Positions 30,101-37,634 of a stretch of 64,000 nt of DNA are shown piece after piece. The notes under the pieces were generated by a model, which saw only the letters and a program-made list of their open reading frames with translations, did not search any database and was not told the origin of the DNA. The stretch lies in contig DAOPZW010000001.1 in NCBI GenBank assembly GCA_035353595.1, positions 1,099-65,098 on the forward strand. Direction: 5' to 3'. The stretch's first letter is position 1; every line of letters begins with the position of its first letter. The position numbers and the translations under genes were made by a program. The stretch is from Elusimicrobiales bacterium (GTDB lineage: Bacteria; Elusimicrobiota; Elusimicrobia; Elusimicrobiales; UBA9959).

Positions 30101-30769
30101 TTCTCCCCACTTAAGCGTAGAACGGTCCGTGTTGATGGTTACATTCCGTTGGGAGGGTTCACCGCCTGAATAGTAGCCTGTAGATTCCACATACTCATCG
30201 CTCAGTAAGCCAAAACAGTGCCCGGCCTCATGCGTAAGACAGTCCGGGCCGGATGTTATGGAACACGACCCAATTCCGCCATACCAGGCCGCGCCGCCAT
30301 AGGCGACGCTGTTTACAATAACAAGTACGATGTCGCGGCCCTGTACGAATCCGGCCACGGAGCCGGCCGCGGCATGCGCCAGATTGATATTGGAGGATAA
30401 TGAACGACAGCTGCTGCTGTTGCCGGCTACGATCGAGAATGCGCTGCCAAGGGCATTGTCCACTACATTGCCGGAGCAGTTTTCATTGCTCGCGCCGGAT
30501 TGGTTGCTGATAACGTCGACGCGGTAGACATTGAAGAAATCCTTGTAATCGCCCAGTTCCTGTGAAAAAAAAGTGTTATAGGCGGTCTGGGCGTCAGTCG
30601 CAAAATTGGAGATTTGCGCGCTGGTGTACCCGTCGCTTAAAAAGATCAGGTTTATTTTGTTCGCCGCCGTGCCGCTGTAAATGGTGGCGGTATTCCAGGC
30701 TGTGGCAGGGGCGGCCAGGAACATTAAAAGTCCCGCCATGGTCCCCGCCAGGCCGGGGCGCGGTCTCAT
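24113..30769 (-). CDS. 2218-aa secreted multidomain protein: M64-like metallopeptidase, FN3-like repeats, FISUMP domain, Ig-like domains, T9SS-type C-terminal domain
   Basis: 'LTHEAGHCFGLLSDEY' is the M64-type HExxH (30218..30232). Eight ~105-aa repeats built around 'KYWYAIGT..GG.....WTDNG...SVT..GLSL..G.TYYF.VKAENGAGL'. 'DIDGNVYHTVIIGTNTWTVENL...YGLLYNWYAA...APSGWHVPS' is a Fibrobacter-type FISUMP domain. C-terminus 'VYPVPW...ITIYNLQGDRIRKL...WDGKNEAGRAAASGVYM'. Confidence 0.8.
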   Translation of the reverse strand: MRPRPGLAGTMAGLLMFLAAPATAWNTATIYSGTAANKINLIFLSDGYTSAQISNFATDAQTAYNTFFSQELGDYKDFFNVYRVDVISNQSGASNENCSGNVVDNALGSAFSIVAGNSSSCRSLSSNINLAHAAAGSVAGFVQGRDIVLVIVNSVAYGGAAWYGGIGSCSITSGPDCLTHEAGHCFGLLSDEYVESTGYYSGGEPSQRNVTINTDRSTLKWGEWVFPATPLPTIGPAGSAEVGLFEGAAYKPLGVYRPTYISKMNESADLFGPVNTEIFVNRIFDYLPDTTPPAADIKINGSCGAACPAGPATLSLSAADTDSNPLAYRVSNNASFTDTAWQLTSSGSSFSKTVGDWTLGYGDTVYLQVKNGRGLTGSAYCSCQSGATPDTTPPTQPVVSDSLGSDRDYGDSLTRLSANWTASTDQESGIVKYRYAIGTTPGGTDITNWTSVGLSLNAIKTDLSLAYGQMYYFSVKAENGAGINSTPANSNGQSVDTTAPATVATVNDGLGADIATTDSRTELSANWTVSSDAESGILRYWYAIGTVAGGTNIVDWTDNGTALSVTKTGLLVPNGSTVYFSVKAENGAGTYSTPANSNGQTVNAAAQSSTVTDIDGNVYHTVIIGTNTWTVENLRTTRFRNGDSISNITDDTAWANAGSAAYCSYDNDSGNVPTYGLLYNWYAAADNRNIAPSGWHVPSRQEWNRASDWLIANGYNYDATTSGNKIAKSIAGNSSWAASATAGAPGNNQAANNSSGFTAYASGLRYGISGVFGAMSASSLFWTSTLNTDVESYYQGLFYGYTFLGDYVTGNKYGMAVRLIRDDTPPDSTPPGAVPAVSDGAGADITYTGSLTQLAANWSAATDAESGIAKYWYAIGTSAGAANIAGWTDNGAALSVTRTGLSLTTGQTYYFTVKAENGVGLQSAAANSNGQTVDASAPAAVAAVNDGTGADSAYTGSLTQLAANWGTSSDAQSGIVKYWYAIGSTAGGADIRGWTDNGSARSVTAAGLSLSDGQTYYFSVKAENGAGLLSAAANSNGQLVDATAPAAPSTSRDGTGADINYTGSLTQLSANWNAGSDAQSGIVKYWYAIGTAAGGTNVAGWTDNGGSLSVTRTGLSLSNGTTYYFTVKAENGAGLLSAAANSDGQLVDTSAPAAVATVNDGAGADIVYTGSLTQLKANWSASSDAQSGVAKYWYAIGTAAGGTDVAGWTDNGGSLSVTKTGLSLTTGQTYYFSVKAENRAGLLSAAANSNGQTADGSAPAAIAAVNDGTGADISYTTSATQISANWSASSDAQSGIARYWYAIGFTQDDPTSLLGWTDNGSSRAVTYFTNSMTEGDHVYFFVKAENGAGLLSAETMSDGQTLDSTPPSAVAVVNDGTGADITYSSSTSRFSANWSAAADNYSGIAKYWYAAGTAPGATDIAPWTDNGAARAVTVSGPGLDDGATCYFSIKAQNGAGLYSTPVNSNGQTVDASTPPEPPTTSATHQPNVWNTVSNNPQFSWLVLDDGPSGVAGYSVALVQSAAYSPAMTVNLTANTTTFQNVPDGTWYFYVKAKDNAGNWGDPARYGPVKIDLLAPVLQGIAVSRDPAKEGPITLTVTLNKEMSAMSATVTQNGASAAAVPLTSQNNITWSGTYTVLAGYDGNAAISVSGLDLHARPLAGSASFAVDTTAPGTPAITSPTHAENASTSLNTPSFTWSAAAETGSGLAGYSYALNQAEAYTLDAVTETVLTNYTGPLTADGTYWFHLRGVDDAGNAGAIARYKFTVDTASPTLTVTAAPDPAKAGPVTITLLSSEDLKEPPAISVTQHGQGAATPVVLSAAGALSWQGVYTAVPGFEGTAAIASSGKDLASNTGVKNASFQVDTVGPRAVIVVTPVQPLKTGVFSVAVTLQDAGSIPQAPLLSYTPSGGLTVPLTLTGANKNWTGHGFINPGVPNGTAAFDLSATDTAGNVGTLILTGATFAIDTSLSGLSGGVFYSDDGTMVTVPANAYAGQLDVEIARPDPSGGQLGTAFQNTGGLVPVQAVNLYRMFTATDTNTQAVIPGFDLPVTITIPYPDADNDGLVDGTHIKETKLSLYWLNEAFSRWELVAGSVPDYVQNHFSAAVPHFSTYGLLVSAAPGLDSVKVYPVPWTPGSGGRYDSPAAGCGAGVNFENLGLEGRITIYNLQGDRIRKLAIAASDGGCKAWDGKNEAGRAAASGVYMAVIENAAGKRAVKKLVIER
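26360..28294 (-). repeat. Six tandem ~320-bp coding repeats (FN3-like modules R3-R8); two more at ~28961..29608
   Basis: Repeat boundaries derived from residue counts 826..1470 of the 2218-aa protein. The copies are clearly diverged at nucleotide level, not identical. Confidence 0.75.
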
Positions 30770-31698
30770 TGGCTTTCCCCTGTAACGGTGCCGAGTTCCA
30801 GCACCGACTTTAGGTCAAGGTCGGCCGCCGCGGGGGCGGAGGACGCTTTTACGGTTTTAAAGTTCTTCCTCTGTTGGCCGCGGCCGCCTGCCGGGGCCTT
30901 GCGATGCGAAACCCGCAAGGTCTTGATCCTGGTGTCGTAGGGCAGGGTCAGGGTCATTTCAGCCTTGGCCGCCTTGTAGCTGCCGCCCTTCATTACCTTG
31001 CGCCCCGGCGACCGCCCTCCCGCCTGCTGCGGTTCCGGGTCTTCAAAATAATCGTAGAATCCCTGCGTGGGATCATCCAGGCTCTGGGTCGCCAGGGTGT
31101 TTCCGGCGGCGTCCACCGCTTCAACGTAGCGGGAGCCTTCCGAGGCAGGCTGGCGGTAGAACATCGGCCTGGGTTTATTTATTATCTTTTTTGAAACCAC
31201 CTTGTAGCTGTTCCCGTCGGTTCCCAGTACGACCTGCAGGTATTTATCGCCGGGGGGAGGCTGCGGGGCGGGCATGGCTTCCAGGTTGTTGTTCCAGGTC
31301 TGCGCCGCCATTACGCCAGCGGGGCCGTAGGCCGCGCGCAGGCTCTCCGGCTCGGTTATCTCTTCCCTGTAAAATACGGCGCCGCAGCGGGTGGCCAATT
31401 CCGCCTCCAGGGCTGCCGGCACATGCCCGTAGAAAATGCCTGGCCCCAAAGCGCCATCCAGCCGCCCCCCATTGTCCGCTACGTAGCGGCGGCATTCCGC
31501 GGCAAGGCCGGCCGCGGCCCGGCTGCTGAGCAAAACCAGCGCATCCGCGGCTGCCGGCGCGGCAAGGCAGCGCTGCGCGGCCAGCAGCGGCAACAGCGCG
31601 AACAGCTGCAGCAGGATGGATTTATGTAATGGCCGCTGGGTTGCTGTTGATGGCATATGATAAGTATAAAGCAGGCTGGTAGACATGTCAACACCCAC
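30766..31698 (-). CDS. Secreted hypothetical protein, first gene of the M64 operon
   Basis: Hydrophobic signal 'ILLQLFALLPLLAAQRCLAAPAA'. Stop overlaps the M64 start (ATGA). Exact start uncertain. Confidence 0.5.
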   Translation of the reverse strand: MGVDMSTSLLYTYHMPSTATQRPLHKSILLQLFALLPLLAAQRCLAAPAAADALVLLSSRAAAGLAAECRRYVADNGGRLDGALGPGIFYGHVPAALEAELATRCGAVFYREEITEPESLRAAYGPAGVMAAQTWNNNLEAMPAPQPPPGDKYLQVVLGTDGNSYKVVSKKIINKPRPMFYRQPASEGSRYVEAVDAAGNTLATQSLDDPTQGFYDYFEDPEPQQAGGRSPGRKVMKGGSYKAAKAEMTLTLPYDTRIKTLRVSHRKAPAGGRGQQRKNFKTVKASSAPAAADLDLKSVLELGTVTGESQ

Positions 31699-31851
31699 GG
31701 CAATCAGGCCGCTGCATTTATCAGCTATGTTATTCTATCAGTATCGGCGGCATTAAGCCTGAGACGCAGGGCCCGGTACGGTCCGGTTTTAACTCCCAGG
31801 CCTTTTGCCCGGATGGCTTACGTCCGCGCGGAGCAATGAATTAATGAGAAA

Positions 31852-31870
31852 AGTGAAGTGTCACTTCACT
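31852..31870. promoter_or_regulatory. Perfect palindrome AGTGAAGTG-T-CACTTCACT (candidate operator)
   Basis: 9-bp arms in the divergent intergenic region between the M64 operon and the HTH regulator. A TATAAT lies at 31909..31914. Confidence 0.4.
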
Positions 31871-31929
31871 GCTATATTTTACTTGTGAAGCGCGCTGCCG
31901 ATATTCGTTATAATATGCGGTAAAGGAAC

Positions 31930-32796
31930 GTGAAACAATCGCTTATGAAAACCGTTTTTTCTGAAATGCTGGGGCAGCTCCGGACGCAGGCCGGTTTTGA
32001 GACAGCTTATAAGTTCTACCATAAGAACGGCGGCCAGGGCGTGTTGAAGATGAGCTATCGCAACTATCTCAACCTTGAGCAGGGGCGCAGCCTGCCACCT
32101 TTGGAAAGACTCGGAACTCTTACCTGGGCGCTGCGCATTCATCACGGCAGCGCCGAGGCTAATGCCCTGGTTTCCGCCTGGCTGCGGAGCATGGCGGGAG
32201 AGGATAATTTCCGGGATTACCTGGCGCCCCTGCTGGCGCCGAAACCCGCGGAGCCCCCGCTATCCCCGGCGTCGCAGGCGCTGAAAAAATTTGTAGATGC
32301 GGGGACTGGGCCTCTGAGCCTGGAACAGGTCCGCGCCATACACCTGTCCGAGAACCATTGCCTGTGCGCTACCGCCATGAATTGCGAGAGGGGCGCGCTG
32401 AGCATCAGGGAATTGGCGGAGCGCCTGGAACTGCCGGAAGCAACGGCGGCGAAAGTAATGAGGGATCTGGCAGGAGCGAAGCTCGTGAAAGAGGTGAAAA
32501 AAGATGTATATCGCAATTCTGCCGGGATGTCCTGCAAACGTGCGCCCGGAGGCAATATCATTCCCGAAGATATCAAACAAAAAATACGCGGGACCTGGCG
32601 CAAGTTGGAAGCCGCCGGGAAAGTGGTCTACCCGTACCGGGTAATTATGCGGGCTGACGAAAAGGACTCCGCCGGGTTGTTCAACATGATGGATACGCAT
32701 ATGGCGGCGGTGCAGGCCTACGCCGTGGATAAGGGCAGCGCTTCCACCGCCCTGTTCATGGTGGAGGCGCGCATCACCCGGTTGCGCAAGTTCTGA
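31930..32796 (+). CDS. HTH transcriptional regulator (possibly TIGR02147/DUF4423-like)
   Basis: N-terminal XRE-like HTH ('MSYRNYLNLEQGRSLPPLERLGTLTWAL'). A second wHTH-like segment ('LSIRELAERLELPEATAAKVMRDLAGAKLV'). GTG start at 31930 or ATG at 31945. Confidence 0.5.
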   Translation: MKQSLMKTVFSEMLGQLRTQAGFETAYKFYHKNGGQGVLKMSYRNYLNLEQGRSLPPLERLGTLTWALRIHHGSAEANALVSAWLRSMAGEDNFRDYLAPLLAPKPAEPPLSPASQALKKFVDAGTGPLSLEQVRAIHLSENHCLCATAMNCERGALSIRELAERLELPEATAAKVMRDLAGAKLVKEVKKDVYRNSAGMSCKRAPGGNIIPEDIKQKIRGTWRKLEAAGKVVYPYRVIMRADEKDSAGLFNMMDTHMAAVQAYAVDKGSASTALFMVEARITRLRKF

Positions 32797-32871
32797 GCGG
32801 CGTTGCTTTATTTTTATTTACAGCCTGAATATGTTTCAATTGTACAGGACAAAACGGAGACAGGAGCAACT

Positions 32872-34425
32872 ATGAACAAGCCCAGCGAGCCCCAGAAAAC
32901 GGAAACGGCCGTGACGCCCCGCGCGCAGGATTACGCGCAGTGGTACCTGGACGTTATAAAGAAAGGCAGCATGGCCGAGCACTCGCCGGTGCGCGGCTGC
33001 ATGGTGATCCGCCCGCACGGCTACGCCGTCTGGGAAAAGATGCAGCGCGAGCTCGACGACAGGTTCAAGGCCACCGGCCACGAGAACGCCTATTTCCCGC
33101 TGTTCATCCCGCTGTCCTTCTTCTCCAAGGAAGAGAAGCACGCCTCCGGCTTCGCCAAGGAATGCGCGGTCATCACGCACCACCGCCTGAAGTCCGCCAA
33201 CGGCGAGGTGGTGGTGGACCCCGAGTCCAAGCTGGAGGAGCCGCTGGTAGTGCGGCCCACCAGCGAGACCATAATCTGGGCGCAGTACAAGAACTGGATC
33301 CAGAGCTACCGCGACCTGCCGCTGCTGATAAACCAGTGGGCCAACGTAGTGCGCTGGGAAATGCGCACGCGCCTGTTCCTGCGCACCGCCGAGTTCCTGT
33401 GGCAGGAAGGCCACACCGCGCACGCCACCGAAAAAGAGGCGCTGGAAGAGACCTGGCGCATGCTTGACGTGTATGCCGACTTCGCCGAGAACGTGATGGC
33501 CGTGCCCGTGGTGAAGGGCCGCAAGACCGAGGGCGAGCGGTTCGCCGGCGCGCTGGAAACGCTTTCCATAGAAGGCATGATGCAGGACGGCAAGGCCCTG
33601 CAGATGGGCACCAGCCACTACCTGGGCCAGAACTTCTCCAAGGGCGCGGACGTGAAGTTCCAGAACAAGGAAGGCCAGCTGGAATACGTGTACGCCACCA
33701 GCTGGGGCGTGAGCACCCGCCTGGTGGGCGCGCTGATCATGACCCACTCCGACGACAACGGCCTGGTGCTGCCGCCCAAGCTGGCCCCCATACAGGTGAT
33801 AGTGATCCCGATCTTCAAGACCCCCGACGAGCAGGCCCGGACGGTGGCCGAGGCGAAGAAAGTTGCCGCCGAGCTGAAGGCCCTGGGCGTGGCCGTGCGC
33901 GTGGACGACCGCGACGGCATAATGCCCGGCGCCAAGTATTATGAATGGGAAGGCAAGGGCGTGCCGCTGCGCATAGAAGTGGGCCCCAAGGACCTGGAGA
34001 AGGGTTCGCTGTGCATAGCCCGCCGTTTCGTGGCCGAGATACCCGGCGAGGCGCCCGCCGACCAGCGCCGGCGCCGCAAGGTTTTCCTGCCGCGGGCCGA
34101 GGCTATCGCCTCCATAGCGCCCACGCTGGCCGCCATGCAGAAAGAGCTGCTGGAGCTGGCCCGCACGCGCCGGACCGCGCGCACGCGCGTGATAGACAAG
34201 CTGGAGGATTACGAGAAGTTCTTCAAGGGCGAGGGCGGCGGCTTCGCCTGGGTGCACTGGGCCGGCACGCCGGCGCAGGAGGAGGAGATGACCCAGCGTT
34301 TCGAGACCAGCATACGCTGCCTGCCTTTCGAGGACCAGATCCCCGCCGAGGCCAAAGGCGAGGGCGTCTGTATCCTTACGGGGCAGCCTTCCAAACAGCG
34401 GGTGCTGATGTCCAAGTCCTACTAG
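32872..34425 (+). CDS. proS: Prolyl-tRNA synthetase (archaeal/eukaryote-like type)
   Basis: 'YAQWYLDVIKKGSMAEHSPVRGCMVIRPHGYAVWE', 'RPTSETIIWAQY', 'FLWQEGHTAH', 'GTSHYLGQNFSK'. Starts MNKPSEP with a GGAG RBS. Confidence 0.92.
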   Translation: MNKPSEPQKTETAVTPRAQDYAQWYLDVIKKGSMAEHSPVRGCMVIRPHGYAVWEKMQRELDDRFKATGHENAYFPLFIPLSFFSKEEKHASGFAKECAVITHHRLKSANGEVVVDPESKLEEPLVVRPTSETIIWAQYKNWIQSYRDLPLLINQWANVVRWEMRTRLFLRTAEFLWQEGHTAHATEKEALEETWRMLDVYADFAENVMAVPVVKGRKTEGERFAGALETLSIEGMMQDGKALQMGTSHYLGQNFSKGADVKFQNKEGQLEYVYATSWGVSTRLVGALIMTHSDDNGLVLPPKLAPIQVIVIPIFKTPDEQARTVAEAKKVAAELKALGVAVRVDDRDGIMPGAKYYEWEGKGVPLRIEVGPKDLEKGSLCIARRFVAEIPGEAPADQRRRRKVFLPRAEAIASIAPTLAAMQKELLELARTRRTARTRVIDKLEDYEKFFKGEGGGFAWVHWAGTPAQEEEMTQRFETSIRCLPFEDQIPAEAKGEGVCILTGQPSKQRVLMSKSY

Positions 34426-34513
34426 GCTGCGGCGCTGACGTTCTCCCTGATAACTGGACCACGGGAAGCTGGAAAAATTGCTGGATTATAGGCCTCCAAG
34501 AGCGGAGGAGAAC

Positions 34514-34777
34514 GTGAATAAGCGGTTCACGGAAGAACAGGTAGCGTTCGCGCTGAAGCAGCATGAGACCGGGGTCCCCATAGCTGACATATGCCGTAAA
34601 ATGTGCGTCAGCGACGCCTCATTTTATCTTTGAAAGAAGAAATACGCGGGGATGGGCATAACCGAGCTGCGCAAATTGAAGGCCTTGGAGGAGGAAAACC
34701 GGCAGCTTAAGAAGCTGGTGGCGGATCTCAGCCTGGACAAGCAGATGCTGCAGGATGTGCTCTCAAAAAAATTCTGA
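34514..34777 (+). pseudogene. IS3 orfA (HTH transposase N-terminal part) with an in-frame TGA
   Basis: VNKRFTEEQVAFALKQHETGVPIADICRKMCVSDASFYL*KKKYAGMGITELRKLKALEEENRQLKKLVADLSLDKQMLQDVLSKKF. The TGA at 34631 sits where IS3 OrfA proteins have the conserved Trp (TGG). Confidence 0.7.
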
Positions 34778-35633
34778 AGCTGCGCGTAAGCGCACCGCCG
34801 CCCGATCCCTCCAGGATACCTACAGGGTCAAAATAAGGCGGGCGTGCAGGCTTGTGAAGGCCGAGCGCTCCGGATATTACTATAAGCCGCATGGCAGGGA
34901 CAATAGGGCCCTGCGCTTGCGGATACTGGACATAGCCAATGCCGGGCCCGGATTCGGATATCTGCGGATACACATCCTTCTTCGACGGGAGGGCTGGCTG
35001 GTAGATAAAAAGTGCGTTTACAGGATCTACACGGAAGAAATGCTTCAGGTCCGCACGAAGCAGCGAAGAAAACGCATAAGCCAGCCCCGGGTTAGATTGC
35101 CATTGCCGGGGGCAGTAAACGAGCACCGGAGCATGGATTTTATACATGATCCCCTGGAAGACGGCCGAAAGTTCCGGATCCTGACCGTGGTAGACCAGTT
35201 TAGCCGGGAATGCCCGATACTGGCGGCGGAGCATTCGTTAAGCTGGGAAAAAGTCGTAGAATATCTTGAAGGGTTGCGACGCAGGCGCGGTCTGCCCAAG
35301 GCGATAACCGTGGACAACGGGACGGAGTTCATTTCAAAAGCTCTTGATGCCTGGGCGTATCGCAACGGCATACACCTGGATTACATAAGGCCCGGGAAAC
35401 CGGTTGAAAACGCCTGTATCGAGAGTTTTAACGGCCGGCTTCGCGACGAGTGTTCGAACGCGAACGTGTTCGCGGCATTAGAGTCGGCTTCGAGTTTGCT
35501 TGAGGCATGGCGGCAGGATTACAATAATTTTAGACCGCACACTTCTGCCGACGGCATGCCGCCGGCCGAGTATGCGGCGAAGTGCAGGGAAGGCCTAAAA
35601 ACAGCTGCGGTTTTCCAACGCTCTGTGGTCTAG
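34755..35633 (+). CDS. IS3 orfB (DDE transposase catalytic part)
   Basis: 'RRACRLV', 'GYLRIHILLRREGW', 'DFIHD...RILTVVDQFSRE', 'ITVDNGTEF', 'RPGKPVENACIESFNGRLRDE'. Lies in the +1 frame relative to orfA, not the canonical -1 frame. Confidence 0.85.
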   Translation: MCSQKNSEAARKRTAARSLQDTYRVKIRRACRLVKAERSGYYYKPHGRDNRALRLRILDIANAGPGFGYLRIHILLRREGWLVDKKCVYRIYTEEMLQVRTKQRRKRISQPRVRLPLPGAVNEHRSMDFIHDPLEDGRKFRILTVVDQFSRECPILAAEHSLSWEKVVEYLEGLRRRRGLPKAITVDNGTEFISKALDAWAYRNGIHLDYIRPGKPVENACIESFNGRLRDECSNANVFAALESASSLLEAWRQDYNNFRPHTSADGMPPAEYAAKCREGLKTAAVFQRSVV

Positions 35634-35684
35634 TTTTCGGAGGAAGGTCAGGTTAACCCGAATCAGATCTACGCATTAATTTTG

Positions 35685-37628
35685 ATGACCGACTTGGATC
35701 TTAGAATTGCAACTCGCCACTCTTTGTTTTGGGTCCTTTTTGTACTCCTATCAACTCCAAGGTTACTGCTTGCCGTTACGGCAAGCCCGAGAGGTGTCGA
35801 AGTTACGCAGCCGGATGGGACTAAGATCGCCATCTATATGCGCGGAGATGAGTTTTATAGTTGGAATGAAGACGCAAAGGGCTACACGATCGTAAAAGAC
35901 ACAAGTACCGGCGAATGGTTATATGCAAAAAAAGACCTCAAGGGTGCTTTGTCCACAACTGAGTTTAAGGTCGGAGTGAAGGACCCCGACACCTTAAATT
36001 TAAAAAAACATTTCACGGATGGTTCAAAGGTTTCGCGGGCGCGGAATTTTCACCGTGCACGGAAAACGGCTTCGGCGTTTTCAGTTGCCGCTAGTCGTGT
36101 TAGCGCTGCTCCAGCCAGAGTTCCGGTATTAACCGGGACAATGAAGAACCTGGTTATTCTTGCACGTTTTTCCGACATTGCTCCGACCTATTCACAGGCT
36201 CAGCTAGACAGCTTGTTTAATCAAGTCGGCTATAGCTTTGACGGCGCCGTCGGTTCGGTTAAAGACTATTATCACGAGGTTTCATACAACCTCCTGACCA
36301 TACAATCTACGGTTAGCCAGTGGGTCACTTTGCCGCATGGTTATGCGTACTATGGGGCAAATGATGTGAACGGCAACGACGTCGGAGCACGGGAAATGGT
36401 CCTTGATGCCATAAACGCTCTTGATGCTGCCGGTTTTGACTTCAGTACCGTTGATGGAAATAACGATGGAGAAGTTGACGGACTTACCATTATCCATTCT
36501 GGCCGCGGTGAAGAAGCAAATTCCGGAATCAATAATGATTACATCTGGTCCCATCAATATGGACTTTCTGCCCCTGTTTATAAAGATGGCAAAAAGTTGC
36601 AAATGTACCATACCGAACCGGAAGTTCGTGGCACTGATGGATGGCCTGCGACATGGGGAATCTCCCGTATAGGGGTAATTGCCCACGAAACCGGCCATTT
36701 CTTAGGCTTACCTGACCTTTATGATTATGGCGGAGACAGTCACGGCGCCGGGCAATTTTGCCTTATGGCTGAAGGAAACTGGAACGGTGGAACCAATTGC
36801 GGCGTATCTCAAGGCGATGGGTCAACCCCTGCCCATATGAGCGCTTGGCCCAAGGCGATACTTGGTTGGGCTACGCCGACACAGATTACCAATGCCGGCA
36901 GTTATAACCTGCCGAGGATAGAGGATAACCGCAGCGCCATGTATTGGATGCAGGCAGCCGCATTCTTATCTTCCGAATACTTCCTGATGGAAAACAGGCA
37001 AAGTGTCGGCTTTGACTATTGTTTGCCGGGTGTAACCAACGGCATTTTGATATGGCATGTTGACCACACCATGTGGAATAACGGGGATAACGACGACCAG
37101 ACTCACTACCTTGTGGACCTTGAAGAGGCAAGTGGGATTCAACATCTTGCCAGCAACACAAGTTCGGGGGATGGTTCTGATTACTTTCGACCAGGGAATA
37201 ATGTAAGTTTCGGGGATACAACTTTTCCTAATAGCAAAAGCTATCTGAACTATAATCTCGGGCTTCTTATTCGCAACATCTCCGCGAGTGGCGATCCGAT
37301 GACTTTTAGTGTTACGCAATCTGCCGCTTCCGAATTGTCCATGGGGAAACTTAAAGCCTATCCCAATCCTTGCTACTTTGACAAGAACCCGAACATAACC
37401 ATAGCCGGCATCCCGCCGGACGCAAAGGACGTAAAGGTTTACATTTACAACGCCGCGGGCAAATTGGTCCGCACCCTGGAAAGCGGCAGCGAGATAGACG
37501 AGGACAACGTTGCTGTATGGGATGGCCGCGACGAGAACGGCCTTAAATCCGCGAGCGGCATCTGTTTTTATCTGGCTAAGTTCTCCAACTACGACAGGGC
37601 GACCGGCAAGTTCTATGTTTTTTGGTAA
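35685..37628 (+). CDS. M6-family (immune inhibitor A-like) metalloprotease with T9SS-type C-terminal domain
   Basis: 'GVIAHETGHFLGLPDLYDY' HExxH. 'M6 domain' context ('MKNLVILARFSD', 'SVKDYYHEVSYN'). C-terminus 'KAYPNPCYF...VKVYIYNAAGKLVRTL...WDGRDENGLKSASGICFY'. Confidence 0.78.
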   Translation: MTDLDLRIATRHSLFWVLFVLLSTPRLLLAVTASPRGVEVTQPDGTKIAIYMRGDEFYSWNEDAKGYTIVKDTSTGEWLYAKKDLKGALSTTEFKVGVKDPDTLNLKKHFTDGSKVSRARNFHRARKTASAFSVAASRVSAAPARVPVLTGTMKNLVILARFSDIAPTYSQAQLDSLFNQVGYSFDGAVGSVKDYYHEVSYNLLTIQSTVSQWVTLPHGYAYYGANDVNGNDVGAREMVLDAINALDAAGFDFSTVDGNNDGEVDGLTIIHSGRGEEANSGINNDYIWSHQYGLSAPVYKDGKKLQMYHTEPEVRGTDGWPATWGISRIGVIAHETGHFLGLPDLYDYGGDSHGAGQFCLMAEGNWNGGTNCGVSQGDGSTPAHMSAWPKAILGWATPTQITNAGSYNLPRIEDNRSAMYWMQAAAFLSSEYFLMENRQSVGFDYCLPGVTNGILIWHVDHTMWNNGDNDDQTHYLVDLEEASGIQHLASNTSSGDGSDYFRPGNNVSFGDTTFPNSKSYLNYNLGLLIRNISASGDPMTFSVTQSAASELSMGKLKAYPNPCYFDKNPNITIAGIPPDAKDVKVYIYNAAGKLVRTLESGSEIDEDNVAVWDGRDENGLKSASGICFYLAKFSNYDRATGKFYVFW

Positions 37629-37634
37629 GAGCAA

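Larger units (their letters stand above)
34436..35650 (+). mobile_element. IS3-family insertion sequence (IS407-like), probably inactive
   Basis: ~1215 bp. Imperfect terminal inverted repeats: TGACGTTCTCCCTGATAACTGGACCAC on the left, TGACCTTCCTCCGAAAACTAGACCAC as the reverse complement on the right. Two-ORF organisation with an A7 slippery run. Inserted 10 bp after the proS stop. Confidence 0.8.

Noticed and set aside
32836-34257. 473-aa minus-strand ORF antisense to proS
   Set aside because: Shadow ORF. proS motifs on the plus strand are unambiguous.
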